From positions 342,835 through 406,834 of the forward strand of contig WELB01000030.1 of the NCBI GenBank assembly GCA_009602725.1: a stretch of DNA of 64,000 nt. Reading direction: 5' to 3'. Source of the stretch: Spirogloea muscicola. Taxonomy: Eukaryota. Positions 28,897-40,687 of the stretch are shown here, in pieces. Under the pieces are notes generated by a model. The model saw nothing but the letters and a program-made list of their open reading frames with translations, was not told where the DNA came from and made no database searches. The position numbers and the translations under genes were made by a program. Position 1 is the first letter of the stretch; every line of letters starts with the position of its first letter.

Positions 28897-30583
28897 TCAG
28901 CCTGTCGAGATTCTCTGATCCAGGAGACTTTCAACATCCAATATGAATGAGTCACCTTCCACCGAGAGATTCAAGAGCTTCCTGCCATGTGTCATCAAAT
29001 GGACATGACGGTGAAAATAGGTGCAGTACTGCCCACAATACGGCAATCAGGACAATAAAGGTAGCAGTGGCAAGTGGACATGGGTGCCACAGGACCTCAC
29101 GCTTTGTTGCTTTGGAGCCACCCTTCGCTGGTACTAGCATGAGTGATCAATAAGTCAAGTGCCTTCATGATATTGGTTGACACCTGCAGAGAATGCCCAT
29201 AATTCTTAGAGCAAAGTCGGGCATATTATGGCAACTCTCCTAGGGCCACAACATTCTGCTCATACTGTTCATCTGTTCATAGTATTCATCTACAATAGAT
29301 GATTGCTCAAGCTAAGCATGGATTTATCAGCAGCAATGGAGCTCTCATACTTTGACGTCATTCAAGTTAATAGACCTGCTCGAGTAGTGATACACATGTT
29401 AATCCTAGTAAATGACTTGATCTAGGAGCGACCTGATCAAGGAGAGCTGAAAGCTGTGAAAGGAGAGCAAATGTCACAAGGGCAAAGGCCATGAAAAATG
29501 ACTGCGATAATAATGAAGCAATGTGCCTGGAAGCTTGAGTCAAAGATAGCACAGCATGTAATGTTGCAGGCAAAAGTAAAGGTATGGCTAAATGGGGTGC
29601 AAGTTATTGATGAAAGAGCCACCTACACCTTCATGTCTGACAGCTTGCCTGCATCAGCTCCTGATGAGTTTAAAGGATACAAAGCGGCTTCTTTGATTGC
29701 AGATTTTATCTGTGAAGCACAAGCCAAAAGTTGGCAACCAGCCAAAAGTGGCAATTGAAGTCCTGTCTAATTTTCTCGTATGTAAGCAGCAAACATGCAA
29801 GTTTGCAGTCAGAGGGGATCTGGTCAAGAACTTCATGACAAACCTTCTGAATAAAGCAGGCAGCTCTCAGAAGCTTCTCTGCTGCACCTTGTGTGATCGC
29901 TGGCTCCAAGGGGTTTTCCAAATGCTGGTCACTGCTTGAAGGACTGCTCACATTTCAGGTCTGCTGCTGCAGCTGGTAGCAGCACAAGAATTGCTGGCAT
30001 CTTGCCACCAGCCAGCCAGCAGATGAAAGGCACCGTGAAGCAATTCAGGCGCTGATGCAGTGCTCACATAGGAGGTTCCCTTGACGGTGACGAAAACGCC
30101 GTCTTCTGTCGCTTCAGTGGGTGGCTAGCTGAGTCACCACCGATTGCATCCAGCAGCACATCCGCCAACGCAGCCTCTTGGAGCAGATCCAGCTCCCTCT
30201 TCACCTGCGCTGAGCATGGATTTGTCACGAAATTGGCCGATATTGAGGGACACACACCCGCTGCTGCAGCAATCTGACAGTCCTGCAGAATTCCATCTTC
30301 GCGGCAGAGCTTGGGGCGACTGGGAACTCAGAGCGACAGCAGCTGGAGTCGACACTTAGGCCATATGAGGCCGAGGGCCGAGACGAGAGCACACGGCCCG
30401 CCGGTGGCCGCTGCGGCGGCAGGCCGCACTGACCTGCGTGAGGCGGCGGAAGTAGAGCGTGCGGCGGTGCTGGCTGCGGCTCTTGTACACGACGCGCGCC
30501 AGCAGCGCGGCCTCGCGCCAGAGCTCGGGCGCGCGCAGGCCCTCCGCAGCGGCCGCCAGGCGTTCCGCCGCCGCGGCCGCCAT
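28897..30583 (-). CDS. NEPRO / Rmp1-like (nucleolus and neural progenitor protein N-terminal domain, DUF4477-like) protein; 3' end tentative
   Basis: ELWREAALLARVVYKSRSQHRRTLYFRRLTQV/KRELDLL and IKEAALHIASLLSQSFFMAFALVTFALLSQLSALLDQ resemble the family signatures (YK-x-x-x-QHRR..YF; xFF-M-x-F..ALL). The downstream exons checked join in phase. Confidence 0.72.
29527..29680 (-). other. U12-type (minor spliceosome) GT-AG intron, 154 nt
   Basis: On the minus strand the 5' splice site is GTATCCTTT (29680-29672) and the branch site TCTTTGAC (29546-29539) lies ~13 nt from the CAG acceptor, with no long pyrimidine tract. Removal restores the frame (TT|G = Leu). Confidence 0.85.
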
Positions 30584-30955
30584 GCTGTCCGCCGACGCAG
30601 ACGCCGCCGCCGCCGCGGCCGCCGCCGCCGGCGTCGCCGCAGTATGCTCGGCAGCCCGGACCTCACCGCCAGGCGCTGCGGCAGCGCACTAAGACCAGTG
30701 ATCGAGTTGTGATCAGTGATCAAGTCGGCCTCCCAGCATCCAGCCTCTGGCTTGGAAATTAATAATTACTCGGGTTGCGAAAGAAGAGCGCCCTGTCTGC
30801 CTGGCTTGTGGCTCCGCTAATATATGTTTTCTTTTCCTTTATTCATCTTTATTTGTTTACAGCCGCTCTTCTTACATGTCGGCAGCCGCTTTCTTCCTCT
30901 GTCCAAGGTGCGAGGTCGGGCCGCCCGCACGTCGCGCCGGCCTCCGCGCCGCGCC

Positions 30956-33900
30956 ATGCGGCGCCTGCTGCTGGCTGGCCTCCCGCGGGCCGTCGTCGCC
31001 GCGCTGCTGCGCTTGCCGGCCGCGTCGACGGCGTGCCGCCGCCAGCGACGAGCCTTCTCTCCGTCTTGCGAGTGCCGGATAGTCGGCACGTGGCGAGGGC
31101 GCGACGCCACGGACCCGGGACTGGCTCGGAGCCGCCATCCGCGCGCGCTCGGCACCGCCTTCGAGCCTACGCCGCGAGGCGACGAGGCGCCCTGGTTGAA
31201 GCACGCAGCGAGGAGGAGCGGCGGAAGGGCCGACGAGGCCGGCTCTGTGCGCCTGTCCGCTGCGACTCGACCCGTGGCGAAGCTCAGCGTGCAAAGGGCA
31301 CGCTGTGCTGCGGCAGAAGCGCTTCCGCCGCCGGCGATGGAGGTGGCGGCCACGCAGGCCGCACCCCCAGTGGTCGCCGGTGCGAGGTTTGCTGTGCAGG
31401 ACAGCATCGTGCTCAGGCCCGAAGAGCAGGAGCTCTTTGCGGCGCTGCTCGGCACCGTCAAGCACTTTGGGCTCGCCACGCAGCTTCGCGTCGCTGGCGG
31501 ATGGGTGCGCGACAAGGTACGTCTGCAGAGCCGTCGCTTGATGATAGGCTGCGTACTTAACCACCAAAGTTAGTGCCGCCTTCCATGCCACATGTGTCCC
31601 ACTGACGAAGCTCGGCAAGCGTCTTGTCGAGCTCGCTCATCTCATGCCCGTTGAGCCTGCCAAGTATGCCGTCTGCACAGCTGCACTGCTCGTTTCAATG
31701 CCATGACTACATGCTGACTTCCGTTTCCCAGTTCAGCCCCTCCTTGATCCACTCTCATCCCTTCAGTGACCACTCATCCCCTCTCTGACTCCTCCTGTGA
31801 CACTTCTGAACGTCCTTTGCTTACGCTCCCCTGAAGCCCAACCTAATCAATTGTCAAGGCAATCCTGTATGAGAGCCGAGCTTGCACTAGATGACAGTGA
31901 ATATATTATGACTCTCTTATATCTGTGCCTGCAGCTGCTAGGAACAGACTCCAATGATATTGACATAGCCCTCGACGACACCCTGGGCCGGGACTTTGCT
32001 GAGAAGGTGAATCAGTATCTGCAACATCAAGGAGTGGAGACTCACAAGGTCGGAGTTGTGCGAAGGTGGGACTCAGGCATCATGCTTGGCTTAGGCAGCT
32101 CGACGTATGCTCCACATGTGTCACATTGTGTTGATAGTGGCACCGTTTACACTGCTGTTGCTGAAGGACCCAGAAGAGCTGAGCCGCTTACTGGCTTGTG
32201 TGCATACATCTTCGTTACTCAGCAATCCTGATCAAAGCAAGCATCTCGAGACGGCAACAATGAGAATTCACGGGGTTTGGATTGATCTTGTCAACCTACG
32301 AGCAGAAACGTACGCGGATGACAGCCGTATCCCAAGCATGGTGCGTGCTGGTACTCAGTATCTCAAAACGAGATCAGAATCTTGGTTCAGCAATCACAAT
32401 AGCAATTTGGGACAAAGTATATATTTCTATGCAACTTTGTCTAGCAACAATGGAAGTGATGTCTTGTGTTGAGGTACCTCATTTCAGTGAGTAGGCAAGG
32501 TGTTCGACAACCACTCATCAACTTCCGGTGCACCAGGAGTTTGGTTCTCCGCTAGATGACGCTCTTCGACGGGACCTGACTATTAACAGGTTAGCTTTGC
32601 TATTTATCACTCTATTGCATTGTCAAATCACTTGAAGTCTCTGTTGGTCCTGTACCTGCCATCTTGAGATCAAAGCACAGAATGATAATCACGCCCATCC
32701 TAGCTGAAGCAACCATACTTTTGTAAATGTCCAGCTTTGTCAATGTGTTGTAGCTTTTGGAGCTGACTGCACTGTGATAGCTTTACTGTTGCAGTCTCTT
32801 TTACAACATCAACACAGGCAATGTCGAGGATCTGACTCAGAAAGGTAGGAGGAGCTTTGCAGTGATGTCTGCTTCTGAGTAGCTTCATATCCGGCCCCTT
32901 CATAGTTGGGGTGTCATGGGCAGCAATATCTGAAATGGCACACCTATATGGAGACAATGCAGCAAATGTGATAATATCTTGTAGTCTGTTATGGCATGCT
33001 ACGCTGAAGCAGATCAGATTACTGAGCCTGTTAGCTTCTTCCAGGCATCCAAGACCTCAAAGATGGTCGCATTCGGACGCCAATGCCTCCACGTTCCACA
33101 TTTCTTGATGATCCTCTTCGGGTGTTGCGTGCCATTCGCTTTGGTTAGTATATCCATGGTAGTCTCCTAGCTAGTTGGCTTTCATGTATTGGTGCCTCGA
33201 ATGCATCTCAGTGTTCCTTCAAACAGCCACTTTATCTGTGCATCAATGCATTGCATTTTCCCTTCAGCTACTCCCTTGACAGCCTCTTACCACAACTGTG
33301 ATGACATTGATAGGAGCATTGCCCCTCTTGAGCACAATCATACTGAAACCCTGGGCAATGCCTGCTCGTGCAGGAGCAAGGTTTTGCTTTCAGTTGGATG
33401 AAGAGCTCAAACAGGCTGCTCAATTGCCGGAAGTGCGAGAGGCTCTTGCGTTTAAGATAAGCAGGGAACGCATTGGGAAGGAGGTACAGTAGCTCCACAG
33501 CTTTCTGCAAGCCACACACTGAAGATTTCCAAGTGTTTTGCACCTTGGTCCCAGGCTTGTTTGATATTGACCTTCAACATTGCATGTGCGAGCATTCTCA
33601 TTGCGGCTTGTTCACATGTTTTCTCTTCCGGCTTTCCCCAGATTGATCTCATGCTTCGAGGCAAATACCCTGCAGCGGCCATGTTTAACTTGGCAGACTT
33701 GGGCCTCTTTGAGTCAGTCTTTGCCATCCCTGGTGCACAACACTTCACCCCACAATATGGGAGGTCGGTTATGTTCCAATGCCATACAAGCTAGAGTATG
33801 GATCCCATGCTCTGATGACAAAGCCGCCAGCTGACAGGCTCCAGATGACTTACTGCTATGCAGGATGCAGTGCACTCTTATACTTCTGTTTGAATTCCAA

Positions 33901-36022
33901 ATTGTCGAAATAGGCATGCACTCATGCTATCAAGCATGTGTTTCGTATGCAACTTGCAGGCAGTGTTCTGTGATATTATCAGAAGTTGCGCATGTGCTTG
34001 AGATATGGCCCCCTTCCTTGAGCTTGGAGGTAAGTTCCGGCTTTATTGCTGGGGTGACACGCCCATATAATACTCTCAGAAGTCTGTCAGATAAATCCAG
34101 ATCTTTGTGCAAAAAGCTGAGTTGCTGATTCTGCAACTGCATCATCAGATGATGAATGGCTTGACTATTCTCCCTCCCGCATACTTATTGCAACTAGAGC
34201 CTCCGGGATCTTATAACGCCTTGTTGGGTGGTCAACCTGCAGCCCGATGAGCGGATGCAGTGCTTACTCGCAGGTCTCTTTCTGCCACTGCGGCACATTC
34301 AAACAGCAGATAAGAAAGGGAAAATGGTAGGGGCCTTTCTTTCTTTGAGTATGAACGCTAGAAGGTGGAGATGAAGATGGCTGCTTGTGCTGTGCTAGGC
34401 TCTCTATCGTCATAGACAATGGCAGCGAGGGTGTGGCCTTTCAAAATGGTTGTGCAGCTCCATCAGCTCTTTGTGATGTATGACCTCAACAGCTACTTCA
34501 CTTCTTGCACTGCACGTACTGGATGACTGCTTCCTCTAATACTTATCTGGAGAACGTTGCCAGATACCTGTATCAGTCACAAGCATTAGGGAAGCTTTAA
34601 AAGCTAAGACCAAGGATGCTGATGTGGTAAGTAATTGTATTTTGAGCACATCCTGCTGGAATGCGTACCACCTTTTTGTGTACTTTCTAGACTGTCCTGC
34701 ATGTCACTATAGCATTGCACTTAGTTTTGTAATTTACAAACTAAAGGTGTGACAACAATGTGATACCACTCGCAAGTGTTCTGCGCAAGATGGAGATGAT
34801 TTGTCTGGTCAATAACGTCACACACACCATCTCCTGATCCTGCTGCCCAGTTGTTGATATAGTTCAAAGATGAGCAATAATTGTGTGTCAACTTAGCAAC
34901 TGTTTGTAAAAGGAGAGGGGTCACATTGCTTTCTCTTAAGTTCTTCAGTTGTGGCTGTGACGCTACCAGGTGTCAGCGCTGCATTCTGGAGCTGAAGAGC
35001 TCCAGTCTGTGTCGCAGCTTCTACTTCTACCTCCACAAGAATCGCTTCCTGATACAGCAACATGCTCAATCAGTGCCACGCAACACGAGGCCAGCCAACA
35101 AATTGCTGCAGGTCATTGCATAAGCATCAGATACATGGTAGGCTGGTTAGGATACCTGACTCGTTGTGCCTGGGAAAAGGGTCCATTGTGTCTAACAAAA
35201 CATGTTTGGCACGCTTCTTTCTCTGCAAACAGGACTAGCTGTGAGGAAGCTTGGGAAGATCTGGCGGAGCGCTTTGCTACTTTCTACTTTGCTCAATCAT
35301 CCTGCAGCAGCTTCCGTGGACACCGGCAGCGAATATGAGAAGGCCACTCTATGTGACCAAGTTGTCAGTGACTGCAGTGATGGTCACTTGGCCAAGCGGG
35401 CGCGCACACATGAGTATGCAGACTTATGCCGGATGGTGGAGAAGAGGATTCAAGCCTTTGGTGTGACCCTCTACTACCAGTCAAATGTGCTAACTCTTGG
35501 TCACAGGACTGGTGATTGACAGCTTGAAGCTCATTGAAGCTGCTGAGCATACTTGTACTTACAGGGCCACTGCTTGAGATGGGTTTTGCAGGTCTGGAGC
35601 GGGCGTGGGAGATCAAACCGCTGTTGGATGGCACTGCCATCATCAAACTACTCGATTTGAAACATGCTGGTCCAAAGGTCAAGATCTGGGTAAGCACAGC
35701 TGGACGGAAGTTTGAGTGGCAAGAGGAAGGACAGACCAATTGACACTTGCTCTCAATTTGTCCTTGCTCTCTCTTAGCTCAGCTTAGCCAGGCATGCAAT
35801 GCTCTTGTTCCTTCTGTGAGCAGCTGATGTGCAATCTTGTTCCTACTATCGAAGTTGTGGAGGTGATGTTGGGCCCAAGTTGCCTGTCTTTGTCATGGGC
35901 AGATCCAGAAGCAGATGGAGTGGCAGCTCTCACACTTGGATGGGAGCCCAGAAGACTGTCAAAGGTGGTTAATTGATGAGTATGCCAGAGGAGCAGCTGT
36001 GCAGCCTCTTCCGAAGAGGTGA
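30956..36022 (+). CDS. CCA1: tRNA nucleotidyltransferase (CCA-adding enzyme, class II) with N-terminal organellar targeting extension
   Basis: LRVAGGWVRDKLLGTDSNDIDIALD, NPDQSKHLETATM..IDLVNLRAETY, DDALRRDLTINSLFYN, TFLDDPLRVLRAIRF, KISRERIGKE, KPLLDG..QMEWQL. Stop at 36020-36022. Confidence 0.95.
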
Positions 36023-37598
36023 TAGACAGAGGACTTCAGCAATGGACACACACACTCGACACTGTCCTTCAGCTGATGGTTCTTTGGTCTCACAGGCTTT
36101 TGGTGAGAATGTGCACTATGGTGAGTTCTCAGCTTGCCCATCTTAATCCGGAGCTCATAGAGAGCTTGAGTTTGCCTTGTGCTTTGTGATGCATACTCTT
36201 ATCAATGCCGGCAAAGGTCGAGTTCAGTTGTATTCTCACCCTGACTTAATCTCCAGCTACCACAGTGCGATGGCCTATGCCTCAATAATTTGAGCGCTAC
36301 TTGAAATGTGCAGCTTTTCTTCAAAGATGTCAGCGGAACTGGAGAGGTCTGCACATGTTGAGAATGCCCAGTACTCATGATCTTCACTGCTACCTGTACC
36401 TTGAGACAGTTGTAAAAGAAGCAATTATGCGAACATTTCGGCCACGGCCGCCGCGCCATAGGCTGATATGGAAAATTGTGGCGACAACATTGTGTGCCGC
36501 ATTGAAGCGCCAGTGTGGGCGAGCAACCTGCAATGCAATGTGATCCCTCAATGGCTTGCCTTCATGGTTTTCACATAGCCTGGGGCCTTATTTGCTAATT
36601 CTCAAATGAGTCGAAGATATGAACAAGTTTTGTAGCACACACACAAGGCGCATGCGGGGGGCTCTGGGCAAGGTTGCCTTATGAACAAAATCGATTCTGC
36701 TGCAGTTAGAAAAGGCAAGGCCAGTGAGCTTAGGATTTCAACTGCCCGCGATGTCGCACACTGCGACCAATGGAATCCCCAGAATGCATTGTGCGTGTGG
36801 CCCAACATGCAGTGCGCATTGTACATCCAAGGGTTTTGAGCAAGGTTTAACCGAAGTGCAGATCAGAAGGAATGGAGTGTACAAAGAGAAACTCCTCCCA
36901 GTGCAAAGCCAAAGGCTTTGAGATCTGTATGTGGAGCCGATGTAGGCATGCAGTGCTCAAGCAAATGCATTTCCAACACTGCCAAGGCGAGATTGCGATC
37001 AAGTAGGAAACAACTGCTGAACAAGGCCAACCTCAAATGCAACTCAGAACAAGAAGGCGAGGCCACAGATAACGAAATTCTGTCGAAGTTCAGCTTATCT
37101 TTATTTGCACTACTTTGTGAGGCATCAAGTCTACTGCGCGTTCCTGGCAACCGCAATGACCATGCACGGCAACCAGAGTCACTGTCACAGCACACCAACA
37201 ATTATGCCCACAGGCATTGGAATATCACTAAGAGCACAGCCAATCACGGATTGCTGTGCGAGCTACGCGTCTTGCACTGATCCTTCGTGCACAACGTCAA
37301 GGCCTGGTATTTAACACGGCAGCGCCGTGTGAGAAGTTGCCATAAGCTCTACATGCAGACCCGAGAGAGATCTCTAGCCTCATGTCTCGAGCTGCTCACG
37401 ACTGAGGCCACCAGCTCGGATCGCTGCGCTTGCTTGAGAGGCATTGTGGGTGGCCGGCGCCCGGACTCAGGTGGTGCTGATCCGTGCGTTTGTTGTGGCG
37501 CTGCTCGCCAAGGCTTGCAACCGTCGTCGGTATCAGAGCCGGCCCCGAAGGGACTCTGAGCAACGACCACTCCATGTGCCACTGGCGGCCAGCTCCGC

Positions 37599-38654
37599 TC
37601 AGTAACCGCCGGGCCGGCTGCCCTCGTCGAGGGCGCTGCTGCCGCTGGTGCCTCCGACGCCGCCGCCTCCCATGGTGCCCTCCCGCCCGTAGCCGCCGCC
37701 ACCGTAACCGCTGCCGTCATCGTCGTCGCCCCTGCCCCTGCCGCCGCCACCGTACCCGCCGCCTCCACCGCCACCGTAGCCGCCGCCGCCGTAGTTGCTG
37801 CCGCCGCCGCCTCGGTTAAAGCGCTCGCCCGCAGGCCTCGCCGTCGCATAGTCCACACGGATCATCCGGCCCTCCAGCTCCTGCACCACCAGCAAGCCGA
37901 CAGCTCAGGGCGATCGTCGCTGCCACTGCTACCGACCTCCGCGATGAGGCCGCTGTGGAGCTGCCAGCCCTGCTCGCAGCTCGCAAGCGCAGCGCAGCAG
38001 CGTCAAGGAGGGGCTGCGCACTCGGCCGTTCATCTCGAGCTTGGCGGTCTCGGCGGCGCCCTCCTCCGTGAAGTGCACGAAGCCAAAGCCGCGCGAGCGG
38101 CCCGTCTGCCGGTCCGTGATGACCCTCGCTGCAACGCCCAGCGACGCCGTGTACGTCAGACGTCAGACAGGAGACGAGCCCTCAGCGCCATGCGTGAACG
38201 TCTGAACGACGCGGCCATGAGCTTGTACCAAGTCCGCCGGCACGGCGGCAGCGAGCGACGATGCCCGAATTGGGCGCAGCAAGAGCGCAGCGAGGTGGGG
38301 GCGCAGGCAGGCAGCCGCACCGTCTGTGACCTCGCCGAAGGACGAGAACGCGTCCTTGAGCGTGTCGCTGTTGGTCTCCCACGCCAGCCCTGCGCTTGCA
38401 GCGGAAGCAATCGCGGCGGCCCCCACCATCAGCCATAATAAGCCAGCGAGCGAGCGAGCGAGCGAGCGAGCGAGCTAGCGCCCGAGAGGCAGTCATCGCT
38501 TGACGGGCGAGGGCGAGAGGGTACCGCCGATAAAGAGGCGGTTGCTGGCCAAGCCGCGCGCGAAGACGAGCGCCGCCGCCGCCGTCGCCGGCGTAAGGGC
38601 ACCGCCGCCGCCGCCGCCGCCGGGGATCAGGCCGCGTGCGCCGCCTAGCAGGCG
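37599..38654 (-). CDS. Glycine-rich RNA-binding protein (single RRM plus Gly-rich tail), likely mitochondrial; start obscured by the n join at 38655
   Basis: RLFIGGLAWETNSDTLKDAFSSFGEVTD/ARVITDRQTGRSRGFGFVHF../ELEGRMIRVDYA followed by GGGGY repeats. Arg/Ala/Gly-rich leader. Confidence 0.9.
38446..38474. repeat. (GCGA)n tetranucleotide microsatellite in an intron of the glycine-rich RRM gene
   Basis: agcgagcgagcgagcgagcgagcgagcgagc. Confidence 0.9.
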
Positions 38655-38820
38655 NGGCGCCCAGCTGCTGCGCCCGGGAGGAGGGGCCGCCACCCCTCCC
38701 CGCCGCTCCGGCGGGAAAAGAATCTGCACAACCGCCGGATCCTCCTCCCTCCGCTCGCGCGGCCCCCCGGAAGCCCCCTCCTCCATCAGTTACTAACGTG
38801 GTTAGCGCTTTGGCCCTGGA

Positions 38821-39443
38821 GAGAGGAAAAGGCGCGCGGTGCGCATGAAATGAAATGGGTGGCCAACTCAAAACAGTACATCAAGCTTGGAGGTGGTGGT
38901 CACTGCTTCGAGGCAAGAAGGGCGACGGCTTCCACGTCACGCGGCGAGTCGACCTGCTGGCCACACTGGCTGGCGGACCGCGCCTTACTGGCGACGTGGT
39001 GGTGATGACAGACGCGTTCGACCGCGCCAACCCCACTGTATCTGCCTCCGAGCGTCTTTCTCCGAGGCAGGGCATGCAGTGGCCAGTGTCGCTTCGAGGC
39101 AAGGAGGCAAGGTATGCTGACCACCCACGGGAGGGCGAGCTCTTTCCCCTTGCCATCGACGTCCATGGGCCTTTGGCGCTTGGTGGCTCGAGCTCCTGCT
39201 AGAGCGTAGTGCGGTGGCCCAAGGGGAGCAGGCCGATCTCAACGCGGCAGGCACTCTCACCCAGGTGTATCGCAAGCACCTGTCAGTATCGCTGCAGCGG
39301 TCAATGGCACACGCGCTGCATCTGCGTGCTGGTCGCGCGTTGGCTGCAGCCTCTGGCTGTAGACAGGGGACCTGCTACTCGGAGACTACTTTTTCTGTTG
39401 CTTATGGCCTCCCTTTCATCTCATGAGCACTGCATCCTTCTCC
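38821..39443 (+). mobile_element. Degenerate RLE endonuclease fragment flanked by inverted copies of the family 3' terminus
   Basis: RRVDLLATLAGGPRLTGDVVVMTDA..KEARYADHP..LFPLAIDVHG then LSVSLQRSMAHALHLRAGRALAAASG. Flanks are gagaggaaaaggcgcgcggtgcgcatgaaatgaaatgggtggcca (38821) and tggcctccctttcatctcatgagcactgcatccttctcc (39405-39443). Confidence 0.8.
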
Positions 39444-40687
39444 TTTTTGTTTCGCAGCCCCCAGCAACCCCCCGCCCCACCTCCCGCCCCCTCTCCTCCC
39501 TCCCTACCTGCCTGGTGGCAAATCAGGCCCTCACATGGCCTCCTCCTTGGCTGGCAAATCTGTCCACTCTATTGAGCTTGCCCTCGTAGCCACCATCTTG
39601 CCCACCGCACCCCCCCCCCCTTGGGACTGTATCCTCGTAGCTGCTGACGAAACAAAGTAGACAGTGCTCTTCCAGAAAGGGCGGTGGCTGTGACGGGCCA
39701 GCCCAAAAGAGTGGACAGGATGTTGGCAGGTGAGTTGCCATATTGGAAGTTGAAAGTTATCAGCACTGTAGCTGCTATGAATACGTACTCAGAGAGTCGC
39801 AGTCAGCTCGGGAAACTTGCAGCAGGGATGAGTCAAACAGGTTACAAGTTGTTTACTGCCTTCACTGACCACAATTGAGAAGAGCTCTTCCAAGAGGACG
39901 GTGGCTCCACTGCCAACAGAGGCACTAAGCCTCTGACTTACTGATAATCAAGTGGGCAAAATAGCGCCAGCAGAGTCCCGACATGGCTGTCCAAGCACCT
40001 GCTCTCACACTGTCCCTGAAGACTGGTTGGAGTATTGTGCCCGTTGGCCATAGCAGCTAGCCTTGCCGCGCAATGCGTGCTCAAGCTTCCCGCAAAACTG
40101 TGTCAGTCCGATTGGGCTGGCCGTTTGTACACAGCAGCAACGCATATCCTTCGAGCGAATTACTACGGAGTAGCTCCCATGCATCCAGCCCTCAGCTGCT
40201 CAAGGTATCGGTCATCAAGTCTCCTCCAGTCTAGCGGATCCATTCGTTTGGTAAGGTTGGCGTCCTCGAGCACTCTTTGCCAGCAACTCACCCTTGCATC
40301 ATGCTTACTGCTCCAGTGCTTAGTGCCACCATTCTCACTGTCCCTTCTTGTGAAGCTGCAAGCAGATACTGTTTCCACAACGTCTCTGATCTGCCGCCTT
40401 TCACAGCCAACGCCATCCACCTTCGCGCCACCTCCTGCTGCAGCCTCAACACCTCTTGCTGCAGCCTCTGCAAGAAAGGCATGCCCCCTGTGAGGCAGGG
40501 CGCTACTCCCATTGCAGCAAGCACCCTCGTCTGTCCTCCTTGAGCTCAGACATGTTGCCCTTGCCCTCGAGCGCAGCGAGGAGCGGCCGTCGAGCAGCGG
40601 TGCTGTGAGCAGCAGCTACCCATGCTGCTCATTGGGCACGAATGGTGCCAAGGAGAAGAAGTACATGCTGTGGCAATGCCGCCGCTA

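Noticed and set aside
36100..37560. Several 60-120 aa ORFs between the CCA and glycine-rich RRM genes
   Set aside because: No conserved motifs; consistent with convergent 3' UTRs.
40035..40550. Short ORFs downstream of the C53 stop
   Set aside because: No homology or coherent exon structure; probably 3' UTR or intergenic.
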